Positions 1 through 12,878 of a stretch of DNA of 64,000 bases are shown one piece after another. Source of the stretch: Octopus sinensis (lineage: Eukaryota). The DNA lies in the NCBI RefSeq assembly GCF_006345805.1, contig NC_043007.1:68014001-68078000 (forward strand). The letters are read 5' to 3'. The position numbers were made by a program, and so were the translations under genes. Numbering within the stretch: position 1 is the stretch's first letter; each line of letters begins with the position of its first letter. The notes under the pieces were generated by a model. It was not told the DNA's origin and did not search any database. It saw only the letters and a program-made list of their open reading frames with translations.

Positions 1-68
1 TAACGGCAGACGAAATACCGCTAAGCATTTCGCCCGGCGTGCTAACGATTCTGCCAGCTCACCGCCTT
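1..68 (+). mobile_element. 3' end of an abundant SINE/RTE-tail repeat (family D in this report)
   Basis: GACGAAATACCGCTAAGCATTTCGCCCGGCGTGCTAACGATTCTGCCAGCTC matches the ends of other copies in the window (about 5484-5694, 13088-13296, 54770-54980). Confidence 0.75.
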
Positions 69-140
69 GTAAATAATGCGATAATGAGCCATTAGTGTCA
101 AGTAGAAGATTCAAGTCCAGCTGCATATAAACCTTCATAC

Positions 141-1345
141 AAGAAACCGGAAAATCTTCTTTGTGGGACAAACCCATTGTAGTTTAGGCTTCCGCCGCTA
201 GAAGCCAATTCATGCGACCCTCAGGCATCAGTCTGCCGACCGGTGTCAACTTTGCTTTGCAGTGCTTCTCCCCTGTTTGTCGAATTTTGCTATGGCTGAA
301 ACGAAGAGACAACGTGCTTCCGTGGAATTCTGTTTTCTTTTGCTGGGAAAAACGGCGGCCAAAACAGTTGTCATGCTTCAGACAGCTTACAAGTTTACGA
401 GAGTTTTTTTACGCTTTAGGAATGGTCACTGGTCACTTGAAGACCTATCTCATTCAGCCCACCGCCGACTTCCCAAACGAATGAAATCATCACGAAAATT
501 CATGAATTGATCTTCGAGGGCAATCACCGAACAGTTGATGAACTTGTTGATATGACTAGTGTACCCTGGAGCTCCTGCCAACGAATTTTGAGCGAGGATT
601 TGCGAATGAAAAGAGTTTCAGCAAAATCTGTGCCTTACTTGCTCAAGGAAGATAAAAGGCAGCCACGACTGAATTCGTGTCGTGAACTGAAAGAATAATT
701 GGATGTTGATGCAGACTTTTATTCAAAAGTCATCACTGGTGACGAAAGCTGGTGCTACAGATATGACCCTGAAATGAAGTAGCAATCAAATCAATCGAAG
801 CATTCGATGTCACCACACCCCCCAAAAAGCGCGTCATGTGAAGTTGAATGTCCGGTCGGTGCTGATTTGTTACCTCGATGCGAATGGAATTGTCCACAGA
901 GAACTTGTTCCTTCTGGTTAAACTGTTAACCAGACATTTTTCTTAGCAGTTCTTAAGCATATATGAGACGCGGCGAGACGAAAACGCTACGACTTCTAGC
1001 GAAATAGAGAGTTGCGGTTTCATTACAACAATGCATCTGTGTACACCACCTTGAGTGTGGGACAGCTTTTGACCAAAAATGGCATGACCCCGCTTACCCC
1101 CCCCTAATCACCCGATTTTGCTCCTTGCGACATTTTTGTTTCTTCGAATGAAAACGTTTTACAGATGTGTTTTTTTTTACCGGTGGCATTAAAAGGCAGG
1201 ACTGCTTCGAACTGTAGAAAACGCGTCTGGACCGATGCATTGCTTTAAATGGAGAATACTTTGAAGATGATAAAGTGTAAACATATAAAACTAAGGAAAT
1301 AAAATAATATTTCAAAGTTCCTGTGTTTTTTGGGTACCTCGCGTA
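141..1345 (+). mobile_element. Degenerate mariner transposon; transposase pseudogene about 292-1280
   Basis: Frameshifted translation gives MAETKRQRASVEFCF...TVDELVDMTSVPWSSCQRILSEDLRMKRVSAKSVP...VITGDESWCYRYDPE...RCIALNGEYFEDDK*, a typical mariner DD34D layout. TIR-like right end TTTTTTGGGTACCTCGCGTA to 1345; partial left TIR AAGAAACCGGAAAAT at about 141. Confidence 0.9.
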
Positions 1346-1726
1346 TATGGAACCTCTGCAAAGATATATAACACTATAGATTGTTGTCGTGAGCATTCCG
1401 TATTCCATTTGTCTCTTCTCAAAAGTTTTTTAACGCTTCTGGGACACCGATTCCAGTGAACTAATATTCTTAACTCATTGTCAAATTATGTAAGTTCATT
1501 GATAGTTTTGATACATCGAAGAAAGTAATGCTCACAATCAAGATGATTTTCCCCAGGGACATATGTTTGTGTTTGGCAATGTGTACGCCTCTATTTGAAC
1601 GCTTGAATTGCTAGAGATAGCAGCCCAAATCCCTCAATTCACAATGTATCTTCAAAGGCTGAGATCTTTCATCCTGTCTGCTCGATCACAGCGTAAAAAG
1701 GACTCGATACAAGGAAGGCTTCAGCG

Positions 1727-1728
<2 letters not shown>

Positions 1729-1803
<75 letters not shown>

Positions 1804-1810
1804 GTATGTA
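1729..1810. repeat. (TA)n(TATG)n microsatellite
   Basis: Directly visible. Confidence 0.95.
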
Positions 1811-2119
1811 TCGAGATTATTTCCACACTGGTGGTCGCAATGATTTCGGCGCAAAACGAATCAGTTGTAGTGCAGACTTCAAAACGATAGGTTGGAAGTC
1901 TCTATCGTGGTAAAGCGTACTGAAGAAGTTAAGGTTATTTTTGCCAGTGCAGAAACCGGTCCATGTGAGTCCAAAAACTTAAATGTACGTTGGGAGATTG
2001 TCTTAACCTGATTTGGCTTCGGTTGATTTCTGCAGTTATCATCAGTGTATTTTGGCAATTTAAATAAGAGTTTTGACTGTTATTTCCAGCAGGTAGATAT
2101 ACTTAGTATGTCCTTTGAT

Positions 2120-2989
2120 TAATTTTAATCCGTGTTCGGTTTGTTCTTGCATAGGGGCCATCCGGACTCCCATTTGCGCCATGAACAAGGATTAATCTTC
2201 TCTCTTCGCTCCTTTGCGTCACATGGGCTCCCCTCTCCTCCCCTCTTCATCTAACCTCCTCCCCTTGTCTCTCTCCTCCTCACACCTACTTCCTACCACC
2301 CACCTCTCCTGTCTTGCTCCGACTCCTACTTCTCTTAATTCCTACTCTCCTTCTCTCTTTTCTTGACTCCTACACACCTTCTGCTTCTCCCTTCATCGTC
2401 ACCCCTCCCTCGTAACCCAACCCCACCCTACACATTTCAACTCCACCTTCCCTATCGTTCCCATCCCACTCCACCTCTACCTCACTCTTAGCCTAACCCC
2501 CACACCACCCTTGCATTCCTCACTCTCGCCTCCCCCACCTCCCAACACCATCATACCACACCACACACCACCATACCACACAACACATCACATCTTACCA
2601 CTACGCAGACACTAGCACTGACCACTTCCCAGCCCCACATCTTCACACCTACGCACACACGCACACGTCAATGTCACCAGCCCTCCTCCACACGCACATA
2701 CATACTCTCTTATACATACGCACGCACATTTCGTTTTGGGATCACCACTGCTTTATTATCTCTCTTTCTTCCTAGCTCTCCTGTGTGACCTTTTTGTCCG
2801 GCATTCGCCATGATAGATCGCTAGCCACTACACATTCTTTATTTTCTCTCCTTGTTTCTTTCAGTGTTCCTTTCTGTGGAAGAGCATTGGCTCGAAACGT
2901 CAAAGACTTTTCACTTCCCGAGCATTAAACTAATATATCTGTTTGTTGTCTACACGTGGTTTGTCTTTTTTTGTGAGTTGTTCCCCGCC

Positions 2990-2990
<1 letters not shown>
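2120..2990 (+). mobile_element. Penelope-like element 3' remnant (GIY-YIG C-terminus, C-rich tract, hammerhead-like motif)
   Basis: GHPDSHLRHEQGLIFSLRSFASHGL resembles PLE endonuclease C-termini. It is followed by a pyrimidine/CA-rich tract and the motif CTGTGGAAGAGCATTGGCTCGAAACGTC, and ends at (CT)n(TA)n. Confidence 0.6.
2870..2905 (+). ncRNA. Minimal type I hammerhead ribozyme-like motif (variant core)
   Basis: Stem I CTTT(2870-73)/AAAG(2902-05); core CTGTGGA plus an extra A; stem II GAGC/GCTC; GAAA; palindromic ACGT stem III; GTC cleavage triplet. Confidence 0.5.
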
Positions 2991-3074
<84 letters not shown>

Positions 3075-3740
3075 CGATTAAGAAAAACGAAGATGGAATT
3101 GGTATAACTTTATGTTTTACGACGATGGTTTCGCCCCATCTTGCGACTCTCCTTTGTGGGTGGGATGCTGTCCATCGTACTATGTTTCATCAGTCTTGCT
3201 GTGTGGGTCACATCAGGTACTTTCATACATAAAGTGTTGTCTCGCTAAAGATCTTGAGTTTGGACAGTCATTATTATTTGCCCTCTTCAGTTATGGAATG
3301 AGGTATTGCTACGGCTGTCTTTATTGTTAAACATCCATAACAAATAAAATTTAGAAATATATAAATGAAATAAAATATATAGACTGTAGACAATAAAGGG
3401 AGAACAAAGAAAAAAATCTTATTTATCAAGAGAAAGGATATAGGAGGAGAATATTAAAAGTATGTGCGCTCACCCCACATCTATTAGAACTACTTGCAGG
3501 GTTATAGCGGATTGAATCAGCATTGTGAGGAAATTGCAATATATTTTTCGAACGGACCTCTCCACCAAAAATCCGAACGCGATCCTTGTTGACCTGCGCG
3601 ACTGAAGATGTGGTATGGTTGTTCTTTTGAATTCCCTTTCACATTGCATTCTTTTAGGTGGTCTGTATTCGCAGCAGGCACCAATCTGGAATTTGTATTT
3701 GAAAGTTGCTCCAGATAGGATCCTAAAGAGAACGATCTAC
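3075..3740 (-). mobile_element. Degenerate Penelope-like remnant
   Basis: Minus strand reads ...RLVPAANTDHLKECNVKG... (weakly GIY-YIG-like), and a decayed CTGAAGAGGGCA...TGTCCAAAC motif lies at 3258-3290. Flanked by TA/CT microsatellites. Confidence 0.35.
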
Positions 3741-3772
3741 TCTCTCTCTCTCTCTCTCTCGCTCTCTCTCTC

Positions 3773-3832
<60 letters not shown>

Positions 3833-3939
3833 TCGGGGTGAGTACTTGATAATTATAAGCACCTGTGTATACCGTTTGGTGGTGTAGGTGGTGGAGTAAA
3901 TTGATCAAAATAAAATAAAAACATGATGCGAAGGATTCA

Positions 3940-4017
3940 GCGGTACATATGTTTCGGGCCTTTATTAGACAGATTTATAACAATGCATAATGTATGTCTG
4001 TGGCCTTCTTCAGCCGC
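3940..4017 (-). ncRNA. Type I hammerhead ribozyme (PLE-associated, palindromic stem III)
   Basis: Minus strand: GCGG-CTGAAGA-AGGCC...GGCCC-GAAA-CATATG-TA|CCGC. Stem I GCGG/CCGC, canonical core, stem II GGCC/GGCC with inner AGACA/TGTCT, stem III palindrome ACATATGT, GUA cleavage site. Confidence 0.7.
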
Positions 4018-4920
4018 GCACAACAGCTTCCACAAGGACATGTGTTACATCAAAAGTTCTTGGTTGGGGATGCAAATCCTCTCATTCACGTACGACATAA
4101 TGCGGCAGCAGCATAGAGTTGAAGCGTCCATCTCTTTCTTCTCTCAATGTAGAATGAGGAAAATTGGATGTTGAGGTAATGTAAATAAATAAATACATAT
4201 ATAGAGGTGAAGATGGAGGGGCGAGAGTTCGGGACGAGGGATAAAAAATGTATAAAAAGTGTAAGTATAGAATAATATAAAAATGTAGAGGATAAAGGGT
4301 TGTAAGGAGATGTAAAGGGGGTATAAAGAAATATAAAGTAAAAATAGAAATAGAAATAAAAGTAAAAAAACCTGATAAAAACATGATAAAAGTGTAAAAG
4401 AATATAAAGATAAGGGATGTATAGAGGTTATGGACCAAGCATGGTGGTCAGGAGATTGATAAAATTTAGTTGTAGAATTGTCAGTACATCAACAGTTTCG
4501 TCTGGGGACTTAATGCGTTGTAAATCAGAGCTGATGAGCATTTAATCTGGTTCCTTGAATTAAATGGACTTCTAGTACATACATATCATCATGGATATAT
4601 ACACCCACATACACGCGTACATATACGCCTCCAAGCCTATAAGCATACACACGCACTCGCGTGTAAACACGTACATAAACACACACGCACGCGCGTACAC
4701 ACACATACATACAACAGAATATCCGCATATATACACGGACATTACGCGCGTACACGCTCACATGCATATACGCGCGCCCATCACTACATACACACACGTA
4801 TATGCCCACGCCTCTAGGTCCAGGTATAAGATATTAAAGGATGTGTATAAGAACGTATGTAAACGTATGTATATATATATAGATTGATAGATAGATAGAT
4901 AGATAGATATATACATACAA

Positions 4921-5000
<80 letters not shown>

Positions 5001-5483
5001 ATATATACAACACATGCAAATACACACACACACACACACATAATCAGAACTACTAATAATATCTGTAGAACTGACAATCGTAGGATGTGTCCATTCAGCA
5101 AAGGAAATATTTGAACTCAGCAAACTCAATCCAAGGATGATGATGACTGCGTTGATTGTGATAGTAATGATGAGGGTGATGATGATGGGGATGTTAATGA
5201 CACTGATGTGGATGGTAATGATAACGATGACATTTATAGTGATAATGATGAGATAATGATGGTAATGATGATTATGACGATGATGAAAATAATGACGGCG
5301 TCAGTGATGATGATAGTGATTACGACGATGACGTGTTTCTCCTAACGGTCGTTACACTAAAACACCACGCAGTCATTACCGAGGCTAACTTTAGATATGA
5401 AACAATCGATATTCTTTGCTCTTCAATTCTCTTCATTAGATTCCGGAAATGAATAATAGAATGGCTCTTTTGCAGTAAATATT

Positions 5484-5694
5484 AATTTCAAATTTTGGTA
5501 CAAGACCAGTAATTTCGAGTGAGGGGGTGTAAGTCGATGACATCGACCTCAGAGTTCAACAGGTATTTATTCTATCGACCTCAAAAGGATGCAAGGCAAA
5601 GTCGACCTTGGCAGCATTTGAACACAGGATGTAAAGGCGGACGAAACACCGCCAAGCACTTGGTATGCTAACGGTTCTGCGAGCTCACTGCCTT
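5484..5694 (+). mobile_element. SINE/RTE-tail repeat (family D)
   Basis: GTCGATGACATCGACC...AAAGGATGCAAGGCAAAGTCGACC...GACGAAACACCGCCAAGC is shared with many copies in the window. Confidence 0.75.
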
Positions 5695-6544
5695 CTTTTG
5701 TAGCAAATATTGATTTAAAAATCTCTATCTTTTGAAATATGTTTGTGTACTATTTTTAGTAGGTTGAGCAACTACGTAGATGTTCTTTCATTGGTAGTTT
5801 ATTATGATATATTGTTACACTCGAGGGTCGTTCATAATTTGCTATTTTCTGCTTTCTGTTTGAATTTCGTAGATGCTGTATGACCATAAGTTTGGAAAGA
5901 TCGATTTACAACAGGGTTTTATGTTTGCTCCCACTGCGTGGTATCTTGAGGAAATGTAATTTTTCATAACCTTAGGACACCCTTTGCCGTGTGGATGAAA
6001 ATATGTAGATAAAACTTGTATATAAGCTTCTTGAGCAGACTGTGCCTGTAATGCAAAAGTACAGCTTTGTCACTCGGTGACACGCTGATGTTATCCGAAG
6101 ACTGCATCAAGGGCACATGTGTTTCTGGGAAATTTAATCCCTTACAGGCGATAATTCAGTAGTAAGTAATTTAGTTGATCGAACAACAAAATCTTCCTCG
6201 TCACTACCACAAAGTAGAGTTTCATTTGCAAAGTCTTGACTGACATGAAGCTTCTAGAAGGCATTAGTACATGGTGGTCTGTATAGTAATTATGATCCGG
6301 AAAAGAAGTGATTGATAAACGGTATTGTCACACACGCAGCTGTACCTTTTCCTCTCCTCTTAATGCACACATGTGTGTATGAATTTCAAACGAGAAAGTA
6401 AACAAATTCTGTTCGTTTTGTTTTCAACTCTCTCAGTTTTATTATATATATATATATATATATATATACTGAAATGTATGTGGGTGGGTTGGTTTACACA
6501 CACATACATACACACGCGCGCATACACAAACATGTATGTATTAT

Positions 6545-6765
6545 GTATGTATGTTTGTATGTATGTAGCTGTGTGTGTCTTTGTATCTGTTTATTCTCCA
6601 CCACCATTTGACAACCGGTGTCGGTGTGTTCTCGCCCCCGTAGCTTAGAGGTACGGCAAAAGAGACCGATAGAATGTTACCAGGCTTAAAAACATAGGTG
6701 CAGGATCGATTCGCGATGCCGTACCCCAGCATGGCCGTAGTCTAAAGAGTGAGAGCAGTAAAATA
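6545..6765 (+). mobile_element. tRNA-derived SINE family A, 3' half
   Basis: GACAACCGGTGTCGGTGTG...GGCAAAAGAGACCGATAGAAT matches the family A copies at 39840-40065 and (reverse) 57125-57536. Confidence 0.75.
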
Positions 6766-6766
6766 T

Positions 6767-6819
<53 letters not shown>

Positions 6820-6910
6820 TGATGATTTACGTCAGTGAGAGTGAGAAAAGAGTGCTCAATACATGTTACAGAAGATATGGTTTTATTAAAACTGAAATCT
6901 ACAAGACTGA

Positions 6911-6944
6911 GATCTTCAGGCAAGAAGGTTCTTGCCTGAAGATC
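6911..6944. repeat. Perfect 16-bp inverted repeat (2-nt loop) overlapping a hammerhead-like motif
   Basis: GATCTTCAGGCAAGAA-GG-TTCTTGCCTGAAGATC. Confidence 0.95.
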
Positions 6945-6970
6945 GCAATTGTGTGAAACTCGAGTTGCAA
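6932..6970 (+). ncRNA. Minimal hammerhead-like motif
   Basis: TTGC-CTGAAGA-TCGCAATTGTGT-GAAA-CTCGAG-TT|GCAA: stem I 4 bp, canonical core, palindromic stem III AACTCGAGTT, weak stem II. Confidence 0.5.
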
Positions 6971-6986
6971 AGCAAGCTTTCAGCTG

Positions 6987-7163
<177 letters not shown>

Positions 7164-8399
7164 GCGGACTTAGATTATATTAATTTCAAATTACAACAAT
7201 TTCTTACGATTCAATTATCACAGAGTTTCACATAGTTATTTGCTACTTTAAGTTTTATCATAAAGCTGCCCTCTCTATAATTATAAAACGTCGACGAGAA
7301 GAAGGAATATCTAGAGCTCGAAGCAATTTGTAAAGTTTGAAATCAAATGTTGAAGAACTGATGCTGAAGACAATGTCATCTGTGAAAAAAAAATCTTAAT
7401 ACTTTACTATCAGTAAGGAACAGTAAATGATATAAAAACATGAACATCCGTTCAAATAATATATTTTGCTTTCCAATTCTCTAAATGTTTCCCTATAACA
7501 GAAGTAGGCATAGAATATATACATGCCTCTCTGGAATCTAATATCGACTTAATATTATTTAGTAACACATTGATGATATATTTTGTTTTTCTATTATGCA
7601 ATTCAGATAAGTTATAATGTTCGGTTGGCGAGTTAAGTGAAAAATTAAGCGGAAATCCGCCATTAACCTGTTTTCAGAGAAAATAGTTTCACACCGAATC
7701 TTTATAACTACTTTTTATTATCGTGATCTTTCGTTTTGTTGATCGTCGTTAGACTTCGTTATTAGCTTTGAATTCTTTCGGTTTTTTGTTCACTGATTAA
7801 GAATTGTAGCTTTGAATTTTTTCTTTTTTTTTCATTGAATGATACAGAGAGCTGTGATCTTTTATTGTTGATTAGAATATTGAACGAGAAGTCACTAGTT
7901 CATATGTCATTAGTGGCGTCGTACTGTTTTTCATTTATTGAGATCCTTATCTCTCGTTGCCTTATTCCACATAGCTCTAATCATGTCCAGTAGCAAAACA
8001 TCATCAGTGCTTTGGAATGACGAACAGTTCTATTGTAAGTAGCGCTGAATTACAAAATGGATGTTCTTTTTTTTATCGTGATGAAGTGTAAGACGTTTCA
8101 ATTTGACTTAGGCCGGCTACAATACGTTTTAAACTAGTCTTAAAACAACGTCTTCATGAATCACTGTATTATGAAACTCCCCAAGAATTATAGGCAATAT
8201 GTTTGTTAAAGTAGGGTGTTTCATTTTTTTATAAAACAATGCTTGCAATTAACTATTGATAAAAGTATATCTATTACACTAATACAGCACATTCAAATTG
8301 TTTAAATTTTCTTCGATCAAAGATCATTGGATTTTGCTAGATTAAAGATCACGAATGTTTTACTTTTTTCATTTCTCTTGTACTTGGACTAATAATAAT

Positions 8400-8491
8400 A
8401 ATAATTCTTTTTACTATAGGCACAAGAGCTGAAATTTGGTGGGAGGAGGCTATTCGATTACATCGACCTACTACTACTACTACTACTACTA

Positions 8492-8552
<61 letters not shown>

Positions 8553-8592
8553 ACTACAACAACAACAACTATTACTACTGCTGCTTCTGCTG

Positions 8593-8631
<39 letters not shown>

Positions 8632-8770
8632 TCGTCTATAGGCACAAGTCCTAACATTTTGTGGTGGTGGGGTACATCGATTACATTGATTCATTATCGA
8701 TCTCGGAAGGATGAAAGGCAATTTCAACCTCGGTGAACTTCAACGTGCAGTCGGAAGAAATGAAGCTATG
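8400..8770 (+). repeat. (CTA)n/(CTG)n trinucleotide tract within decayed family D repeat pieces
   Basis: Visible repeats; ACTATAGGCACAAG flanks the tract on both sides (8414 and 8636, approximate). Confidence 0.7.
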
Positions 8771-9419
8771 CATTTTTCCCGCCAGATGAAAAGCCGCTTA
8801 GCATATTGTCCGTCTTGTTAACATTATCATCTGATATCATATAGAGATAGTATAATTTTCTTGGATTTATAATATCATACTGTTTGTCTTTATTTTTAAA
8901 ACAATTGTTGTTTTCCTTTATTTTGTACACATGTAAAATACCTTGTTCATTTGCCGTATAATAACATAAAGGAACACTTAGAGTCAATAGATGAGATCCA
9001 GGGATTCTCAATATAGAAAACAGTAGCACTCAAATGATTTGAAATTACTCTCCGAAACTTTTACCGAGGACCAAGTCCGCGGGGGTAAAATGTGTCTATA
9101 AGAGGAATCTCTGGCTTCCTCTAAAAGAACACTTATATTCTCATATCTCCAATACTAAATACAGGATTAAGATTCAGTTTATCCTCACTTAACTAATCAA
9201 CCGTTATTAGTTGAAAGTCATTGTGTATTCAAATGATGGAATATTCTGGAACTTAGGAATAGTGATAATTTCTGCGCTCAGCCTGTTGCAACTACCGTTG
9301 AAACTGCTGAAGACATTTACATCTACATAATCCGAAAGACCATCTTCTGCAGCAGGACGCTTCATTACTTATGAAAGATTTTGACTGAGATAACGCAGCA
9401 TCGATTACCTTATAACATT

Positions 9420-9960
9420 TCTGTGTTCATTAAATCTAAAATGAAAGGATATTAAGATAATATATTTCTGTCACCAATTAGCCCCTTGTGGGCAATAAAG
9501 AAATATATTTCTGTCACCAACATTATTGATTATTCTTATTATATCTTATAAATATTCATTGCAGTAATTGTGTTCATTAAATTTAAAATATTATAGATAA
9601 ATAATATTCCTTAAATATATATATTTTTGTCTTAAATTCTATCGATCATCCTAATTATTTTATATTTAAATATATTCATTTAAAAAAAAGTTCGCGTGTG
9701 TTCGTTAAATACATGATTTTCTATCAGCAATACTGTTGAACACCCTTGTTATTTTATATTTAAAAATATTCGTTTTAATAAAAATTTTTGCGTGGGTTCA
9801 TTAAATTTCAAATATAATAAATAATATATCTGACATATTTTTCTATCATCAATACTCTTGATCACCCTTGTTATTGTATATCTAGAAACATTCATTCTAA
9901 TAAAGTTTTGATATTCACATATGCGATAGATAAATAAATTTCTTAAATTAAATATTTCTA
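9420..9960. repeat. Degenerate AT-rich minisatellite
   Basis: TGTGTTCATTAAAT(C/T)TAAAAT-like motifs recur near 9422, 9569, 9697 and 9793. CTATCA(G/T)CAATACT...CACCCTTGTTATT recurs near 9721 and 9843. Confidence 0.6.
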
Positions 9961-10228
9961 TAGCCCACGCTAATTTAAACCAACCGGTCATAGAGCAAAA
10001 TGCATTGTTAAATGATTTGGAGTTTTATGTTGAATCATTGACCATCAGATAGTTAATGCAGGTTATTTTATTTTGAAATATCTACAGAATTTAATTACAT
10101 CTTGGGATTTCCTGCGATTCCAGTTAAAAAGCCGATTTTATCCTGAAATCCCGGGAGAAGCGAAAGTGAAGAAAGCCTTATTAAAATCATTATTGAAAGC
10201 CTTGTCGAAACAAAACGTCACTTTATGA

Positions 10229-10283
10229 GAGAGCGTTCGACTGCGGATCGAAAGGTTCCCGTTTCAATCCTGGGTGTCCCTTC
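10229..10283 (+). pseudogene. 3' fragment of a tRNA-Cys-like sequence (anticodon reads GCG)
   Basis: GAGAGCGTTCGACTGCGGATCGAAAGGTTCCCGTTTCAATCCTGGGTGTCCC: anticodon stem TTCGA/TCGAA, 7-nt loop CTGCGGA, T-loop TTCAATC. The 5' acceptor strand and D-arm start are missing. Confidence 0.5.
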
Positions 10284-10313
10284 AGCTCGGAATTTAATTC
10301 TGATTGTTTTTGG

Positions 10314-10500
10314 TAGAGGCGCATGGCTTAGTCGTCAGAGTGTTGGACTCATACTCGTAAGAATGTGGTTTTCGTTTCTGGACCGAGCAATGCGTTGTGT
10401 TCTTGAGCAAAACACTTCATTTCATGTTGCTCCAGTCCACTCAGCTGCTAAAAATGAGTAACCTTGCAACGGACCAGCGTCCCGTTCAGGGAGGAATATA
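10314..10500 (+). mobile_element. tRNA-derived SINE family C, partial
   Basis: GAGGCGCATGGCTTAG...GTTCTTGAGCAAAACACTTCATTTCATGTTGCTCCAGTCCACTCAGCTG matches 49299-49538. Confidence 0.75.
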
Positions 10501-10599
10501 TACACCAGAAGAACTGCAACAATCACCATCATTTGTACAAGTGAATGAGTACTCCATAGACATCCGTACCCTTAACGTAGTTTTCAGAGGGATTCAACG

Positions 10600-10785
10600 T
10601 GACACAGAATACGACAAGGCTGGCCTTTTGAATTATACCAACAACTCACTTTTGCCAACTGAATGTATTGGAACAACGTGAAATAAAGTGTCTTGCTGAT
10701 GGACATAATGTGGCGCCGGGAACCGAACTCACTGTCTTATGATCGTGAGCCGAATACCCTAGCCACTAAGCCACGCACCTTCACA
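10600..10785 (-). mobile_element. tRNA-derived SINE, partial, inverted relative to 10314-10500
   Basis: GTGAAATAAAGTGTCTTGCT...ACCCTAGCCACTAAGCCACGCACC is the reverse complement of the family C head. Confidence 0.7.
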
Positions 10786-10839
10786 CCATCATCTTTACAA
10801 TGAAAAAGAAAAAAATGTTACCACAACCGTTGTCATAAT

Positions 10840-11165
10840 TAGCCATCCTCATTATTATATTCGTCATCACCATTATCATTATCATCGTCATCATCATCGT
10901 CATCATCATCATCACTACTATCATCATCATCATCATTATCAACCTCATCATCGTCCTCACTTTTATTATCATTACCATAGCTATGATAATTATCCTCTTC
11001 ATCATTACTATACTCTTCAGCTTCATGGTATAATTTCCTTAATTTTCCTCCTCTTCTTTATCATAATCATCGCTGCTTTCATTGTTGTCATTAAAAAAAA
11101 ATATTTAAATCAATTTCCTGTATTCCATCCTACATTCGGTAACAGCAAAAACATGAAGAATAGCA

Positions 11166-11224
<59 letters not shown>

Positions 11225-11308
11225 CGCTGCTGTTGCTACTGCTGCTGCTGCTGCAATTGATAATAATATGAAAAATAGAAAAGAAAGTGAAGTAGGAGGA
11301 GAAGCAAG

Positions 11309-11387
<79 letters not shown>

Positions 11388-11640
11388 GAAGAAGAAGAAC
11401 AACAACAACAACAATACTACTACTGCTACTATTACTACTACTGCTGCAACTAATGGTAATAATATGAAGTAGAAAAGAAGAAAAAGAAAAGGATGTACAA
11501 GTAGGAGGAGGGGAAGAAGAAGAGGAAGATGAAGAAGGAGAAGAAGATAAGAAGAAGAGGAAGAAAGAGAAAAAGAAGGAGAAGAAAAAGAGCAGCAACA
11601 ACGGAAAGAAATCCCATTCTGAAGAAATTGTGCAGCAAGA
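10840..11640. repeat. Low-complexity (CAT)n/(CTA)n/(AAT)n/(GAA)n tract
   Basis: Directly visible; accounts for ORFs 10781-11026, 11236-11658 and 11450-11638. Confidence 0.9.
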
Positions 11641-12559
11641 ATCCATTACACTTAGCAAACGTTAATCAAGCCAACTCTATGGAATCTAAGAAATCACTGG
11701 CCCCTATCTTTTGTCAGTTTATGTTAGCAAATGTTATGCTAATTAATAGAAGCTCTAAAAGAAGTCTTACGAGACAGTTTCACGAGTTATTTACCGGAAT
11801 TCTTCAGAGAAATTAATATTTGTAGATAGCATATCTAGGTAAATCCTCCATTTTGAAATTAGTGACAGAAAAGTAAAAGTCCTAACAGTAATTATTAACC
11901 CCCTGTCTCTCTCTCACTGTCTATTTCTCGTCCTCTCTTACTTTCCGTCTCATTCTCCCACTCTATATTTCTTATCCTAGATCGATTGCGGGTAGTTATT
12001 GAGCTGCGGGCAATTATGTTCCACTCCTACGATATTATTTCCCAGCGCAAATGTTCGAAATATTATTAGTTTTAAACAAAAATGAGCTGAGAGGGGGACA
12101 GAGAGTAGTTGTACGGATTCGGTGAAGCGCTGGTATTTCGTTTTGTAATTACGATCTGGTTTCCAATCTCTCCAGGGTCAAGTTTGTCTTGTATCATTCT
12201 GGGCTAAGCATTTCGCCTGGTGTGTTAACAATTCCGTCAACTCACCGCCTTTTCTGTTGTTATTATAATATCGATACAAGGATTGTTTTAAATACGAGTT
12301 AGATACTTTTAAGCATGAGTCAGACACTGGGATCGTTCTCCACCCGACAAAATTTTGACCTTGTACCAATATAAGAAATCGGTAATTTTAGATAGAGATA
12401 ATGGCTGACAGTTTTCTTTTTGGATCTTGTGTGTTGAGAAGAAAACCGATGACTGCGAATGAGACAATCTCATAATGGTTTTTGCTTTTGACAAGACCGG
12501 CAATTTTGAGTGGTGTGCAAAAGATACCATCGACCTGAGTACTTGACTAGTGTTTAATT

Positions 12560-12878
12560 TTGTTGACCGTGGAGCGTTTAGAGTGGAGTAAAAACCTACA
12601 GAATTGGTCCCTGGTGCAGTGGGAAAATGTTATTTTCTCAGACGAGTCATCCTTTACCTTATTTTCGACTACTAGCCGACTATACGTATGGAGACAGCCA
12701 AAAGAAGCACTTGACCCAGACTGCCTACGTCCAACTGTTAAACATGGAAGAGGCCCTCTGACCATCTAGTAGGACTATATTTTGGAAATCCGCCGGCCCA
12801 ATGGTTTCCCTTCATGGCAGAATTAATAGTCAAGACTATTTAAGCATTTTATCTGATCAAATTCATCCTATGGTTGTG
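12560..12878 (+). pseudogene. Tc1-like transposase fragment
   Basis: RLEWSKNLQNWSLVQWENVIFSDESSF...VWRQPKE...PTVKHGRG...GRINSQDYLSILSDQIHPM, with the FSDES first catalytic Asp motif. Confidence 0.85.

Noticed and set aside
3258-3290. Hammerhead-like CTGAAGA-GGGCA...TGTCC-AAAC on the minus strand
   Set aside because: G12 is missing, and stems I and III cannot form; at most a dead relic.
5115-5452. Asp-rich open frame reminiscent of acidic shell or biomineral proteins
   Set aside because: A decayed (GAT)n tract; there is no ATG in frame or signal peptide, and that frame rarely mutates to a stop.
8766-9029. Minus-strand ORF with a faint GPCR TM6/TM7 look (LLTLSVPLCYY...IINP)
   Set aside because: No true NPxxY motif, the second helix is not hydrophobic, and there are no other TM exons.
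9420-9960. Repeat-spacer-like pattern suggestive of a CRISPR array
   Set aside because: Eukaryotic context; the repeats are degenerate and irregularly spaced and the spacers resemble each other, as in a minisatellite.
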